A stretch of DNA of 64,000 nucleotides from Opitutales bacterium (GCA_965226885.1 CBDDEL010000014.1:570248-634247); one strand, 5' to 3'. Counted from the first letter of the stretch, positions 43,112 through 54,992 are shown. The notes: a model not told the origin generated them from the letters alone. A program made the numbers and translations.

Positions 43112-43291
43112 TGGCCTGGTCCTTCTTAGATTGAGTCAAAGGAGTTTCCGAAAAAAATAAATTAGGCAAGGCTGTTTTGCATTGAACAGTAAACGAGGTA
43201 ATGCCATAAGTCAGCGTTTTTGGTCTGAAAAGCAGGATAAACCGCTTATTAGGAACATCATTTTTTAGGATTTCCCAAACCCCAATTATTC

Positions 43292-44851
43292 ATGGCCTTA
43301 ACGCCTTTTTGCAGTAAATTAATAGCCGATGTCGGCATCAGCATGGGAGACGAGGGTAAAGGCCGCCTGGTCTGTGAACTGGTAAACGAAATAAACCATA
43401 ACGCGGACGCGGCAAAGGGTTCCCGAGTCGGAATGGTCATTAAGGTCAACGGCGGAGCCAATTCCGGTCATACTGCGGGAGGACTGAAATTCAACCTGCT
43501 GCCCTGCGGTGTGGTCACCCGTGAGGTTCCCTGCCTGGCCATCGGTTCAGGAGTGGTGGCCGACCCGTTCAAGTTCTGGTGGGAAATCAAGCCACTGGAA
43601 CGTCTGGGCTACAAAGTATTCGACCGCCTGCTTATCGACGAGCACACCATGGTCAGCGACTTGAGCCATCGCCTGCTCGACCTGGCATGGGAATATTACC
43701 GGGCCAACATATTGAAAGAATCGCCCCGCGGTTCAACCGGGCGCGGCATAACACCGGCCTATTGCGATGAGGTCGGTCAATGGCAGATTATCTATGCGGA
43801 TTTTTTAGGTAAAAAAGAGGATTTCGCCAATAAACTGAGGCAGCGCATGGACCGGGCGCTACGCACCATCTACTACGTCTGCCGGGTGGATGAAGAGGCT
43901 TGGGACAGCTTCTTTGAAACCCTCACCGTGGCGGAAGCCAGAGCCAACGCACAAGCCATCAAAGAGGGCATATTCCCCGCCCAGGAATTTAATTTCGAGC
44001 GTTTCAAGGCTCCCTCCCCCGATTATCTGAATTTTGAGGCGGTTATCGATGCCTATTGGGAGGCGGGCTCGGCGCTGGCCCCAGTAATTGGCGATGTCAG
44101 GGAAGCCGTGCTGCGGAATATGGCAAAGGGCAATTTTGTGATCGGTGAATTCGGCCAGTCCTACTGGCTGGACAAGCGCCACGGTTTTTCTCCCAACGTG
44201 ACCGCTTCCCACACCTACGTGCCGGAGTTTTTCCAATCGGCCGGAGTGCCGGCACAACCCATTCATACTGTCGGAGCCAGCAAAGCCTATGACACCAAAG
44301 TAGGCACACATGATTTCATTACACAACTGAATGATGAGCATCCCCTGGCCGGGAAACTAAAAAAACTGGAGTTCGGCGCCACGACCGGCCGACAGCGCAT
44401 GGTCGGGTGGTTCGATGCAGTGGAAAAGGGCGATGCCCTTCGTTTTGGCGGTTTCCAGGATTTGATCGTAAATAAACTGGACGCTTTGACTTACTCCGAT
44501 TCCTGGCAAGGAGGCGAACTGCTCATTTGCGTGGCTTATCAGTCACCCAATGGGACAAAATACCAACAGGTTCCACGAGACCAGGCCCTGCGGCGAACGC
44601 TGCGACCGGTTTTCCAGCAATACCCCGGATGGAGGGAGGATATTTCCAAAGTTCGCAGTTTTGACGCTTTACCGATAAACGCCAAACGCTATGTGGCCGG
44701 CATGGTCAAGGGAATATTGGATGTGGCCTATCGTGACGGCCATCGACCAAAGATACTGCCCAATCTGCGTTATATCGGAGTCGGTCCGGAACCCGCCCAG
44801 ATAATCGATGACGTGCCAGAAACGGAAAAATTGATTAGCTTACTGGAATAA
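43292..44851 (+). CDS. purA: Adenylosuccinate synthetase
   Basis: [41 protein letters not shown]. Confidence 0.95.
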   Translation: MALTPFCSKLIADVGISMGDEGKGRLVCELVNEINHNADAAKGSRVGMVIKVNGGANSGHTAGGLKFNLLPCGVVTREVPCLAIGSGVVADPFKFWWEIKPLERLGYKVFDRLLIDEHTMVSDLSHRLLDLAWEYYRANILKESPRGSTGRGITPAYCDEVGQWQIIYADFLGKKEDFANKLRQRMDRALRTIYYVCRVDEEAWDSFFETLTVAEARANAQAIKEGIFPAQEFNFERFKAPSPDYLNFEAVIDAYWEAGSALAPVIGDVREAVLRNMAKGNFVIGEFGQSYWLDKRHGFSPNVTASHTYVPEFFQSAGVPAQPIHTVGASKAYDTKVGTHDFITQLNDEHPLAGKLKKLEFGATTGRQRMVGWFDAVEKGDALRFGGFQDLIVNKLDALTYSDSWQGGELLICVAYQSPNGTKYQQVPRDQALRRTLRPVFQQYPGWREDISKVRSFDALPINAKRYVAGMVKGILDVAYRDGHRPKILPNLRYIGVGPEPAQIIDDVPETEKLISLLE

Positions 44852-44897
44852 ATTTAATTTTTCGGCCAACCAGCCGATATTTTAATATTGTACAGAC

Positions 44898-44929
44898 AAA
44901 AGGCCCGGTCTCCTTACGGAGGCCGGGCC
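44898..44929 (-). terminator. Intrinsic terminator for a minus-strand transcript
   Basis: Minus strand GGCCCGG-C-CTCC-GTAA-GGAG-A-CCGGGCC-TTTT. Confidence 0.75.
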
Positions 44930-45813
44930 CCTTGAAAGTTTGGAATGTCGTTCGCCACACGCTCTTTCCAAGTGCTGGCATTGGGCGCTTTCGATTGCTC
45001 GGAAGCTGCCAGCTCCCCGACGCTATTCCACGCGGCAACACGCGATTGTCGGTCTCATAGCAGGACCGTCGCCCCAATTGCTCCGGACGATTCTCAAGTG
45101 AGGCCTCTCGGCAGGGTTCGACCCGTGTCTGCCGACACCGGTGCGCCCTACTTGGAGCAAAACGCCCTGCAATAGGCTTTCTGCTCCTTCTGCCCGAGGG
45201 TCGGCCCGCAGATGGCTCCGCGGCGTTGGCCCCCGGTTACGGGTCTGACCTCTTAGCTCTCAGGATACTTTTCGCATTGCAGAGCGGTCGATGCGGTTTT
45301 TCACACCGCCCGCACTTTTTCGGAATTCACCAGGCTCAGCTTGCACTGATCCTCGTGCTCTCCCCGCCTCAAGGTGGCTTTTTCGTGCCTCCGGCGCTTG
45401 GCTTTCGGAGGCCTTGCGGCGAGTTTGCCCTCGCCAGTTCACCTTGATCGGACTGGTCTTCATGGTAGCATCCACGGCCCGTTGCCCGGGTCACCTTGTC
45501 GTCCTTCCTGATGATGCAAGCATCCTCAAAACGAACTCACTCAGCTCGCCGCTGGAACCATTATTACAGCGGCTCACTGCCGCGTTCCGCATTTCGTCAG
45601 GGCGCGAACCCCGGCGGCGGAACGGGTGGAATATGCCTCTTTCCCCATCGGCGAATCTCCCGAAAGAGTTCCTGTGATGGTTCCGAAGGAGTCAGGCCCA
45701 CCAGTTCTGGCCCGACTTTTGCCCGGTTTCTCAACCGGGAGTATCTTGAGACTCTCCACCGCCTTGGTCCGAAAACCCCGGCGGCGAATTGCCATATTTC
45801 TTCCAAAGAACTG
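44898..45813 (-). ncRNA. Candidate giant structured ncRNA (~0.9 kb; GOLLD-sized, family unverified)
   Basis: No credible ORF; dense GC-rich hairpins with GNRA/UUCG loops on the minus strand; promoter and terminator bracket it. Confidence 0.7.
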
Positions 45814-45819
45814 CCCATA

Positions 45820-45847
45820 AGATTGGACAGAAAAAAAGACTTGTCAA
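45820..45847 (-). promoter_or_regulatory. Sigma70-like promoter TTGACA-16-CAATCT
   Basis: Perfect -35 at 45847-45842 with AT-rich upstream DNA; -10 is imperfect. Confidence 0.55.
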
Positions 45848-46134
45848 ATAAAAAGTGTCCTAAAACACTGCAAAAGAACAAGTTGTGAATAAGTCGACTT
45901 TTCCATGTGAGCGTTTTGCGAACAACTGCGCATCCCTCCCAAACAGAGTCATTTAGAATTGAGGACAATCGCCCACCCCCTATCGTGAATAACGCTTTAA
46001 ACTTACCATCGCAAAAAAAGTTTAAGTTTTTTTTATTTTTTTTCAGAAAAATTGAGAATATTCGCGAAACTTTGCCTTCTACAAAAAAGATCCGCATTTA
46101 AGGTAATGCGATTTCGAAGAATGAGACTTCAGTT

Positions 46135-47427
46135 TCATTGCAGAAGGTGTTCCCGGACGGGGATTTCGTGGTAGATGCTCTCCATGATTTCACCGATTAG
46201 ATAAAGCGAACCGGTGGCGACGAGGGTTTCGCCGCCTTCGCCTTCGGAGCAGTAACCGGGAAAGGGGAAAAGGGATTCTACTTTCGATTTGCGCACACGG
46301 CCGGGGAATTCGCCGGGGATGGCTTCGCGCAGCATTTTGAAGGTGGCGGCGCGGGGCTGCATGGGCTTGAGGAGTATGATTTCACGGGCGTAACGGGCAA
46401 TGACCGGCATGATGGCTTGAGCCCTTTCCGGACCGAGCACGCCAACCATAATGGTGGGTTTACGGCCGGTCTTCATGACCAGATCCTCTAAATTTCCAGC
46501 CAGCAACTCAGCGCCTTCCCGGTTGTGAGTGGTGTCGAGAATAACGGTCTTTGCCCCGACCGCATGCGCGTCCCAACGGCCGGGCCAATATACCTCTCGC
46601 ATGGCTCCCAGAGCGATTTCGCTATCCAGGGTAAAACTCGACTGGAGCGCTTGCCCGGTGAGCAGAGCAGTGGCGGCATTGCGCCGCTGGTAATCGCCGT
46701 GGAGATTAGTTAGAGGATAGTCAAGTGAAGTATTGCCGAATTGCTCGGCGATTGAGTGAACAGGCGCGTTTCTTTGGGAGGCTATCTCGCGAATGGTATT
46801 TTCCGCCTCTTTTGGCAGGCAACCCAATACAACCGGCCGACCTTCTTTGATAATGCCGGCTTTCTCCCGGGCTATGGCAGGAAGATCATCTCCTAATAGT
46901 TCGGTATGATCCAGGCTTATAGAAGTTATGACTGAAATCTCGGGCCGGACAATGTTGGTGGCGTCGAGCCGTCCGCCCAAACCTGTTTCGATGATTCCAA
47001 TATCGACGGCTTCCTCGGCAAATCGCATAAAGGCCATAGCGGTCATGAATTCGAAGAAGGAGGGATGGTCGGCGGCGTTTCTTGCCGCCAGTTTGTCGGC
47101 TATAGATTTGAGTTGGAGGGTGTATTTTACAATGGAATCGGGGTCGAGAATTTTGCGGTTTACCTGGATACGCTCCCCCTGGAAAACGAGGTGGGGCGAA
47201 GTGAAGAGTCCCGTTTTATAGCCGTTGAGCCGAAAAATCGCTTCGAGCATGGCGCAGGTAGAGCCTTTGCCGTTTGTTCCGGCAACATGGATGACAGGAA
47301 ATCGGCGCTCAGGGTGGCCGATCTTTTCCCCCAGCAGCCTCATACGGTCGATGCCGTATTTGGCTCCGTGGTGTTTCAGGCTATAGAGATAAGCTTTGGC
47401 TTCTTCGTAATTTCGGATAAGAGGCAT
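46135..47427 (-). CDS. folC: Folylpolyglutamate synthase / dihydrofolate synthase
   Basis: HVAGTNGKGS, FTSPHL, ETGLGGRLDATN, AREKAGI, WPGR. Confidence 0.95.
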   Translation of the reverse strand: MPLIRNYEEAKAYLYSLKHHGAKYGIDRMRLLGEKIGHPERRFPVIHVAGTNGKGSTCAMLEAIFRLNGYKTGLFTSPHLVFQGERIQVNRKILDPDSIVKYTLQLKSIADKLAARNAADHPSFFEFMTAMAFMRFAEEAVDIGIIETGLGGRLDATNIVRPEISVITSISLDHTELLGDDLPAIAREKAGIIKEGRPVVLGCLPKEAENTIREIASQRNAPVHSIAEQFGNTSLDYPLTNLHGDYQRRNAATALLTGQALQSSFTLDSEIALGAMREVYWPGRWDAHAVGAKTVILDTTHNREGAELLAGNLEDLVMKTGRKPTIMVGVLGPERAQAIMPVIARYAREIILLKPMQPRAATFKMLREAIPGEFPGRVRKSKVESLFPFPGYCSEGEGGETLVATGSLYLIGEIMESIYHEIPVREHLLQ

Positions 47428-47486
47428 GGGGTAGGTAAATGATCGGTCCGCGCAAAAAAGGAGATGGGTGTAATGTCCTCTTGTAA

Positions 47487-48356
47487 TTACTTGAGAACTG
47501 ATGATTGGCGACCGGTGTGAAGGGCGGAAAGCACCGAAATGAGACGATGCCGCAATTCCAGCCGGTGTACGATTTGATCGATCAACCCGTGTTCCATTAA
47601 AAATTCGGCCGTTTGGAAACTATCGGGCAATTCCTGCCGGGTAGTTTCCTTGATTACCCTGGGGCCCGCAAATCCAATCAGGGCCCTGGGTTCGGCTAAA
47701 ATAATATCGCCCAAGGTGGCAAAACTAGCCGTTACACCGCCAAAGGTTGGATTAGTTAACACAGAAATAAAGGGAACGCCGATTTCGCTGAGCTTGCCCA
47801 GGGCAGCGCTCGTTTTGGCCATTTGCATGAGACTGAGAATACCTTCCTCCATGCGGGCGCCACCGGAAGCGGAAACTATGATCAAGGGTACTTTTTTCGT
47901 TATAGATGACTCAATGGAGCGGGTAATTTTCTCGCCCACTACGGAACCCATGCTGGCCCCGCGAAACCGAAAATCCATAACTGAAATGGAGACAGGGATT
48001 TTGCCGATTTTGCCGGTTCCGCAAATGACGGCGTCATTCATTTTCGTCTTTTTCTGGTCTTTATTCAATTTCTCCCGATAGGAAGCCAGACCATTGAAGC
48101 CGAGGACATCGACCGGCTTGAGCATCTCGTCACACTCTGTAAAGGTATCGGGATCGAGAAGACTGTCGATGCGTGAACGGGCCTGGAGGGGAAAATGGTA
48201 GCCGCTTTTGGGCACCACCATGAGGTTTTTCTCCAGCTCTTTGTAATAGACGATTTCACCAGAGAGCGGGCAGCGGGTAAACATATCCTTGGGGATGTCC
48301 CGCTTCCTGACATCAACCGTGACAGTTGAATAACGTGGTTTTTTAAAAATAGCCAT
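47487..48356 (-). CDS. accD: Acetyl-CoA carboxylase carboxyltransferase beta subunit
   Basis: [41 protein letters not shown]. Confidence 0.95.
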   Translation of the reverse strand: MAIFKKPRYSTVTVDVRKRDIPKDMFTRCPLSGEIVYYKELEKNLMVVPKSGYHFPLQARSRIDSLLDPDTFTECDEMLKPVDVLGFNGLASYREKLNKDQKKTKMNDAVICGTGKIGKIPVSISVMDFRFRGASMGSVVGEKITRSIESSITKKVPLIIVSASGGARMEEGILSLMQMAKTSAALGKLSEIGVPFISVLTNPTFGGVTASFATLGDIILAEPRALIGFAGPRVIKETTRQELPDSFQTAEFLMEHGLIDQIVHRLELRHRLISVLSALHTGRQSSVLK

Positions 48357-48435
48357 GGATTTCCGTGATCTAGTCGGAAATTGAAACGCAATATCCAGTT
48401 TACGGCAAGAGTGAAACGCCCGGCCTTTCCCTTAG

Positions 48436-50002
48436 CCCGGATATTTCATGAAGGGTAAAGTTTGGCTCGTTATTGCTATTGGAGATGGATTTCTTTGTAT
48501 TTTGAGCAGATCGTCTTGATTTTTAGGTGTTTTTCAGGGTGTAGAGACACTGCCCCCTTTCCCCCATTGGTTCGGTAGTGCCGGGGGCAGCACCAATGCA
48601 CCCTTTAGGTTGGCACCAATCGGCGGGCCGCATGGTTGAAAAGACTGGCCCAAGGATAACTCTCACTTAGGTGAAAGTGAATCGTTCGGGTGTTGCGCAC
48701 GATGACCGCTCCGATCTTGATTAATTTGAGCCGCAGGGTGTGGCATTGGGCCCGCGCCCACTTCGTCCCTTTTAAGGCTAACCGGCGCATGGCTTCCATC
48801 AAGGTGTAGGCCAGCGCCGACAAGAGCAATCGCCACTGATTGGCCCACCATTGATGGGCGCTGGTGCGCTCGCTGAACAATTGCATCTGTTCCTTGATTC
48901 GGTTCTCCATTTCACCGCGGCCACAGTATACCTTGTCGTAAAGCTCCTGGGGATCGCCCGGCAGGTTCGTCACCACGAAGCGCGGGTTGGACCCCTGTGC
49001 GGTGTGTTCGGCTTTATGGATGACCAACCGCAGCCATCGCCACGAATCGGCAGCATAGACGAAGTCCTGGAATAACCGTTGTTTTTTACCCCTTAGTTCG
49101 AACCATTCTTTGGCCTGCTTTTGCAACTGCTGGGCGTCTTGCTGCAAGCGTGCATTGCGAGCCATCCCCACGATGTAACTAACTTCGTTGCGGTCGCACC
49201 AAGAGAGTATCCGGTCTCGACAAAATCCACTGTCGGCGCGCCAAATAATCCGCGTACGGGGCCAGCTTTGGCGAATCCGTTTAACCAGCAATTTGAGGAT
49301 GGCCCCGGCATGCTTGCTGGCATCGATCTTGCTCGGCCGCAGGTAGGCCACCAGCAGCTGATCACCGCAAAAAACATATAGCGGCAGAAAACAGTAATGA
49401 TCATAATAACCGTGGAAAAAACGTCCCTCCTGGAGCCCGTGCACCGGATTGTCGGTGGCGTCAAAGTCCAGGATGATCTCTTCGGGTTCCTCGGCAAAGG
49501 AGCCCATGAACTGTTCGACCAACAGCTCGTTTACCGCAAAGGCCGCCCGCCGATCCTGCCCGTTTTCAAAACGACACAAAGTCGGCGCGCTGGCCAACGT
49601 TTCAATGCGCCCCGTTACCGTTTGCAACAATGGATCGTGGCGCAGGGTATCAAAGTCGTTCAAATCCTCATAGCCCGCCACCAGCCCGTAAACGCGCTGC
49701 CGCAGCATCCCCAATACCTCATGGCGTACTTTGCCCTTCTGCCGTTTGTCCACTAACTGTCGGGCCGCTCGTTCGGTCAAGCCCAACTGCCGATCCACTT
49801 CCCGGATCAAAAGCAGTCCGGCATCCGAAGTAACCTCTCCGCCCTTGAAATCAACCCGCACACGGCGGCCTTTTACCCTTGTCAACTGTAGCTTTAATTG
49901 TTTACCTTTTGTCATCGCTGATATTGCTTTAATTATTGATCTATCCTGCTGTATATCAGCAGTTAAGCATATCAACGATACTTTTTTTACGAAATATCCG
50001 GG
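48436..50002 (-). mobile_element. IS1380 isoform A, intact (1567 bp)
   Basis: Both IRs, TTAG target duplication, uninterrupted transposase ORF ending at 48605. Confidence 0.97.
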
Positions 50003-50010
50003 TTAGCTAG

Positions 50011-50763
50011 TCAACCATGCCCCAAGGTTAGCACCTGTAACCGTTCCGCCCCCGCCGCCCGCAACGTCGAACAGCAGGCATTAAGAGTCGCTCCCGTCGT
50101 AAATACATCATCAATAACAACATATTTCCTTTCATCGGCAACCGGAGCACCTGCTTTCAGGGCGAATGCTTTCTCCATATTTTTTATTCGCTGTTCCCGT
50201 CCCAAACGAGTCTGAGTAGCAGTGTCGATGATGCGTTCCAGCAAATTCTCGACCGGCAAATTCCCGAAAACCGCGGCCACACATTGCGCCAAGAGCAGGC
50301 TTTGGTTGAAACCCCTCTCCCTTAATTTTCGATGATGCAGGGGAACTGGAACCAAGGTCGTACCGGCCAGAAACTCTCCCAGGTTTTTCGCCTCCCGAAT
50401 CAGCCGCTTGAAATCCCCAAGCAAATAATGCGCCCGGTGGTATTTCAATTCGTGGATCAAAGTCCGGCCCAAAGCACGATAGAGGAAGAGGGTTCGGCCT
50501 TTTTCAAAAACCGGGTCCAGTTCGAGGCAATGGGGGCAATTTCGGTCGCTTTCCAACATGCCATAAAAAGGATACCCGCAGGTCGCGCACCAAGGCTGTT
50601 CGACCCGGTATAATTCATCCACACAACGCCGGCATATATAGTCGAATCGATCGTCTTCGACGAGGTTTCCGCAATTAATGCAATCGCGCGGGTAAACTAG
50701 GTCCAGAAAACGGTTCAGAACCGGCTTGATGGCAGGTGGGAGGGTTGGTTTTTTAAACTTCAA
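50011..50763 (-). CDS. comF: ComF-family protein (zinc ribbon + phosphoribosyltransferase)
   Basis: CxxC pairs, VPVPLH....RGFNQS, IDDVFTTGAT. Confidence 0.9.
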   Translation of the reverse strand: MKFKKPTLPPAIKPVLNRFLDLVYPRDCINCGNLVEDDRFDYICRRCVDELYRVEQPWCATCGYPFYGMLESDRNCPHCLELDPVFEKGRTLFLYRALGRTLIHELKYHRAHYLLGDFKRLIREAKNLGEFLAGTTLVPVPLHHRKLRERGFNQSLLLAQCVAAVFGNLPVENLLERIIDTATQTRLGREQRIKNMEKAFALKAGAPVADERKYVVIDDVFTTGATLNACCSTLRAAGAERLQVLTLGHG

Positions 50764-50777
50764 GATTCGTCACTCAA

Positions 50778-51767
50778 TCAATCCGATTGTTCGTTTTTTG
50801 GAACCTTCCAGCCTTTGCAAAGCCAGCTACATAGTGAAAGCAGAAGAATGGTGGCAAAATAACCATCCAAAATAACACCGCTGCCCCAGAAGCTATTCGA
50901 TGATTGGCTTCCCAGATTAAACCATTTGTCATAGAGGCTACGGACAAAAACAACTCCGCCATGAAACCCGGCACAAGGCCAAAGGGAGCCCGTCCGCAAG
51001 AAGAGCAGGCAAAGGATTGTTCCGAACAGAAAGAGGTTTAAAAATCGAACTAACTCGAATGTCTGCACGACACTCAACAGCGTCCAAAACCCGACATAAA
51101 AACCGCTCCCGATTGTCACCATCGCCGAGTCGTTATTCCAGATTTCTTCCGGGATTTTTTTGAAATGAACGGACGCAAAAAACAGGGAGCTTAAGAGAAT
51201 GGAAGGGATCGGCTTCAGGGCGGTATAAAACATCCTCAGGATCATTCCCCGAAATACGGCTTCTTCGATAAAACCTATCAACAAAGCCGAGGCAAAGGCC
51301 GTCAGTAGAATTTGCACGGCCTCGAGAGCTGTTAATGCAGTTTCGATTTCAAGCCCCATAGCCATACCCTGCCCTACCGCGGCAATCAGGATGAGACCGG
51401 CTCCTATCGCTATCCATCGAAGGGTCGGCCCGCCTATTGCGGTTTTCCGAATCGATCCGAATCCCAACTTTTGCAAAGAAAACAGGCGGCATCGTTTTAA
51501 CAGCCAGGGCAAAAGTAGAATAACGGGGAGCCAGCGGAGGCGATCGAAGTAACGGAGGAAATCTTTATCCGCCAGGTAAGTGTTAAGCTGGTTGGGTGCG
51601 GATTCGGCCCAGGTCTGCATGGCCCAGTAAACTAGAGGGCCGAAAATGGAAGCAAAAATAATGGCTCCCATATAAACCAGAACCAACAGCCAGACGCCAC
51701 GCCAGGAATACTCTTTTTCCTCAAGGTCAAAAAGCAGGAAACTGCCATCTCTTGGAACCCGCACCAC
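50778..51767 (-). CDS. CPBP (Abi/CAAX) family intramembrane metalloprotease
   Basis: EEAVFRG, FFASVH, GSLW...GFH, multiple TMs. Confidence 0.88.
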   Translation of the reverse strand: MVRVPRDGSFLLFDLEEKEYSWRGVWLLVLVYMGAIIFASIFGPLVYWAMQTWAESAPNQLNTYLADKDFLRYFDRLRWLPVILLLPWLLKRCRLFSLQKLGFGSIRKTAIGGPTLRWIAIGAGLILIAAVGQGMAMGLEIETALTALEAVQILLTAFASALLIGFIEEAVFRGMILRMFYTALKPIPSILLSSLFFASVHFKKIPEEIWNNDSAMVTIGSGFYVGFWTLLSVVQTFELVRFLNLFLFGTILCLLFLRTGSLWPCAGFHGGVVFVRSLYDKWFNLGSQSSNSFWGSGVILDGYFATILLLSLCSWLCKGWKVPKNEQSD

Positions 51768-51848
51768 AGGCTGGAAGTTTTCCTTTGGCCCCCGATCAAG
51801 TCAAGCCAAGAGCTTATTGCTTTAAGGGGAGAACATCTCCAACCAGGT

Positions 51849-52787
51849 TCATGACCGCGGATGGGCTTTCTTGTGCGCTTCCTTCAGCCTCCCAATTCCG
51901 ACATGGGTGTAAATTTGAGTGGTGGACAAGCTGGCGTGGCCGAGCAAATCCTGCAACAGGCGCAAATCAGCTCCACCGTCCAACATGTGAGTAGCGAAGG
52001 AGTGGCGAATTTTATGTGGAGTAAGATCCATCGGCAGACCGGCCAGACCAAGGTATTTTTTAACCAATAACTGAACTTCGCGAACCCGCATCCTGTTCCC
52101 CTTTTTGCCTGTAAATACAGGATCGTCATGCCCGTTTTTTGTGGTGTATTGGTCGCGGTGATGGCGCAAACACTTAGTGGCTCTCGGTCCCAGGGGGCAA
52201 AGCCGTTCCTTCCCCCCTTTGCCGGTGACCCGTGCAATTCCCCTGCCGGTTTCAATCATGCCGAAATTCAAACTCACCAGTTCGCTCACCCGCAGCCCCC
52301 CGCCATAAAGAATTTCCAGGGCCAGTTGGTCGCGGGACGCCTCGGCCGGTTTAATCCCCTCGTTTTCGAGCAGAAGCAAGGGCGCCTCAAGCAACTGCAC
52401 CATTTGTTTTCGAGTCAGGTACTTGGGCAAACTCTTTCCCAGCTTGGGGAGGGTTAATCCTGCAAAAGGGTTTTTCTCCACATGATGATTCTTGACCAAA
52501 TATTGAAAAAGCGACCGCAAAGCGGATACCTGATTGTGGACTGTGCGGGGGGAAAGGCGCCTCCGGCTCTCAATGACGAAATCCCGAACGTTCCGGCTGC
52601 TGATTTTTGCAGCCTCCCCATGCCAGTCGTTCTCCTTTCGCATCCAGGTAAAGAACCTGACAGCAGCGTGGCTGTAATTGCGCGATGTGTAGGGGGAGTA
52701 TCGTTTTTCCAGGGCGAGGTAGGCGAGAAAGCGTTCCACCCAATCTCTTTCAGGCAAGGGGAGGTCCTCGACCGGGTTCGAACGCAT
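51849..52787 (-). CDS. xerC: Tyrosine recombinase XerC/XerD
   Basis: GLRVSEL, GKGGKER, TPH..RHSFATH.L..GADLR..Q.LLGH.SLSTTQIYTH; start taken at MRSNP. Confidence 0.88.
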   Translation of the reverse strand: MRSNPVEDLPLPERDWVERFLAYLALEKRYSPYTSRNYSHAAVRFFTWMRKENDWHGEAAKISSRNVRDFVIESRRRLSPRTVHNQVSALRSLFQYLVKNHHVEKNPFAGLTLPKLGKSLPKYLTRKQMVQLLEAPLLLLENEGIKPAEASRDQLALEILYGGGLRVSELVSLNFGMIETGRGIARVTGKGGKERLCPLGPRATKCLRHHRDQYTTKNGHDDPVFTGKKGNRMRVREVQLLVKKYLGLAGLPMDLTPHKIRHSFATHMLDGGADLRLLQDLLGHASLSTTQIYTHVGIGRLKEAHKKAHPRS

Positions 52788-52795
52788 GGGTCGGG

Positions 52796-53350
52796 TCAAT
52801 CCAAGCCGAGCACTTTGCGCCCTTCCTCGGAAATCATATGCGGTGTCCATTGCGGATCCCAGACGATCTCCACCTCCGCCTCATCCACACAAGGGATGGC
52901 TTCGACCTTGGCCTTGGCGTCTGCCGCAATGGCCGGCCCCATCCCGCAACCCTGCGCGGTCAGAGTCATTTTAACCCCAACCTTGTAGCGATCCTCGTCC
53001 AGGTTTTGCACCCGCAGGTCGTAAATCAGTCCCAGGTCCACGATATTGATGGGGATTTCGGGATCGAAACAAGTCCTCAAGGCGCCCCAAATCATTTCTT
53101 CCTGGAAAGGCCCGCTCTCATCGATGGAAACAGCCGATTCCATCTCCAGACTCTCCGCTATCTCCGCCCCCAGGGCATCCGCGTCCTCTTTACCGATACG
53201 GAAAAGACCGCCTTTGCTCCGCACGGTCAGGGAGCCGCCCAGGGTCTGGCTGATTTGCACCACCGTCCCGCTCGGCAGCATGACCTCATCCCCGGCAGGA
53301 ATAAGAGTTGCCTTGCAATCGCGCTGAAGTGTTGCTTCCCGATATTCCAT
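52796..53350 (-). CDS. sufT: SufT / PaaD-like Fe-S cluster assembly protein
   Basis: DPEIPINIVDLGLIY, MTLTA.GCGMG, VWDP.W. Confidence 0.88.
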   Translation of the reverse strand: MEYREATLQRDCKATLIPAGDEVMLPSGTVVQISQTLGGSLTVRSKGGLFRIGKEDADALGAEIAESLEMESAVSIDESGPFQEEMIWGALRTCFDPEIPINIVDLGLIYDLRVQNLDEDRYKVGVKMTLTAQGCGMGPAIAADAKAKVEAIPCVDEAEVEIVWDPQWTPHMISEEGRKVLGLD

Positions 53351-53393
53351 AACAAATGGTTTCCTTTAAATCACTATTTGTCAATCCGCCTAA

Positions 53394-54960
53394 CCCGGAA
53401 ATTTCATAAAAAAAGTATCGCTGATATGCTTATCTGCTGATATACAGCAGGATAGATTAAACATTAAAGCAATATCAGCGATGACAAAAAGTAAACAATT
53501 AGAACTACAGTTGACAAGGGTAAAAGGCCGCCGTGTGCGGGTTGATTTTAAGGGCGGTGAGGTTACTTCGGATGCCGGGCTGCTTTTGATCCGGGAAGTG
53601 GATCGGCGGTTGGGCTTGACCGAGCAAGCGGCCCGGCAATTAGTAGACAAACGGCAGAAGGGCAAAGTGCGCCATGAGATGCTGGCCATGATCCGGCAGC
53701 GCGTTTACGGGCTGGGGGCGGGCTATGAGGATTTGAACGACTTTGACACCCTGCGCCGCGATCCTTTGTTGCAAACGGTAACGGGGCGCACTGAAGCGTT
53801 GGCCAGCGCGCCGACTTTGTGTCGTTTTGAAAACGGGCAGGATCGGCGGGCAGCCTTTGCCCTGAACGAGTTGCTGGTCGAACAGTTCATCGGATCCTTT
53901 GCCGAGGAACCCGAAGAGATCATCCTGGACTTTGACGCCACCGACAATCCGGTGCACGGGCTCCAGGAGGGACGTTTTTTCCACGGTTATTATGATCATT
54001 ACTGTTTTTTGCCGCTGTATGTTTTTTGCGGCGATCAGCTTCTGGTGGCCTACCTGCGGCCCAGCAAGATCGATGCGAGCAAGCATGCCGGGGCCATCCT
54101 CAAATTGCTGGTTAAACGGATTCGCCAAAGCTGGCCCCATACGCGGATTATTTGGCGTGCCGACAGCGGATTCTGCCGGGATCGGATTCTCTCGTGGTGC
54201 GAGCGCAACGAGGTTTATTTTATAGTGGGAACGGCCCGCCATGCACGCTTGCAGCAAGCGGCCCGGCAGTTGCAGGAGCAAGCCAAACAATGGTTCGAGG
54301 GTAGCGGCAAAAAGCAACGGCTGTTTCAGCACTTCGAGTATGGGGCAAAATCGTGGCGGCGCCAACGCCTTATCATCCACAAAGCCGAACACACCGCACA
54401 GGGGTCCAACCCGCGCTTCGTGGTGACGAACCTGCAGGGCGATCCCCAAGAGCTTTACGACAAAGTATACTGTGGCCGCGGTGAGATGGAGAACCGGATC
54501 AAGGAACAGATGCAATTGTTCAGCGAACGCACCAGCGCGCATAAATGGTGGGCCAACCAGTGGCGATTGCTCTTGTCGGGGCTGGCCTACACCTTGATGG
54601 AAGCCTTGCGCCGGTTCGCATTAAAAGGGACGAAGTGGGCGCGGCTCCAATGCCACAGTCTACGGCTAAAATTAATCAAGATCGGAGCGGTCATCGTGCG
54701 CAACACCCGAACGATTCACTTTCATCTAAGTGAAAGTTATCCATGGGCCAGTCTTTTCAACCATGCGGCCCGCCGGTTGGTGCCAACCTAAAGGGCGCAT
54801 TGGCGCTGCCCCCGGCGCTACCGAACCAATGGGGGAAAGGGGGAAGTGTCTCTACACCCTGAAAAACACCTCAAAATCAAGACGATCCGCCCAAAATACA
54901 AAGAAATCCATCTCCAATAGCAATAACGAGCCAAACTTTACCCTTCATGAAATATCCGGG
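53394..54960 (+). mobile_element. IS1380 isoform B, intact (transposase 53481-54791)
   Basis: Both IRs, CTAA duplication; many substitutions versus isoform A. Confidence 0.96.
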
Positions 54961-54992
54961 CTAAGGCCCTCATTTAGCATCCAGCTTCTTGC

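Noticed and set aside
44898..45813. RNase P RNA, tmRNA, rRNA, tRNA or group II intron identity for the structured region
   Set aside because: By eye I found no GAGGAAAGUCC, no tRNA-like ends with a tag ORF, no rRNA signature and no domain V; not excluded without a covariance search
44835..46101. Short ORFs on both strands between purA and folC
   Set aside because: Overlapping, mostly non-ATG starts and no recognisable motifs; better explained as chance frames in GC-rich structured DNA
51849..52787. Tyrosine recombinase as an integron or phage integrase
   Set aside because: XerC/D-type motifs, no IntI-specific insertion, housekeeping context
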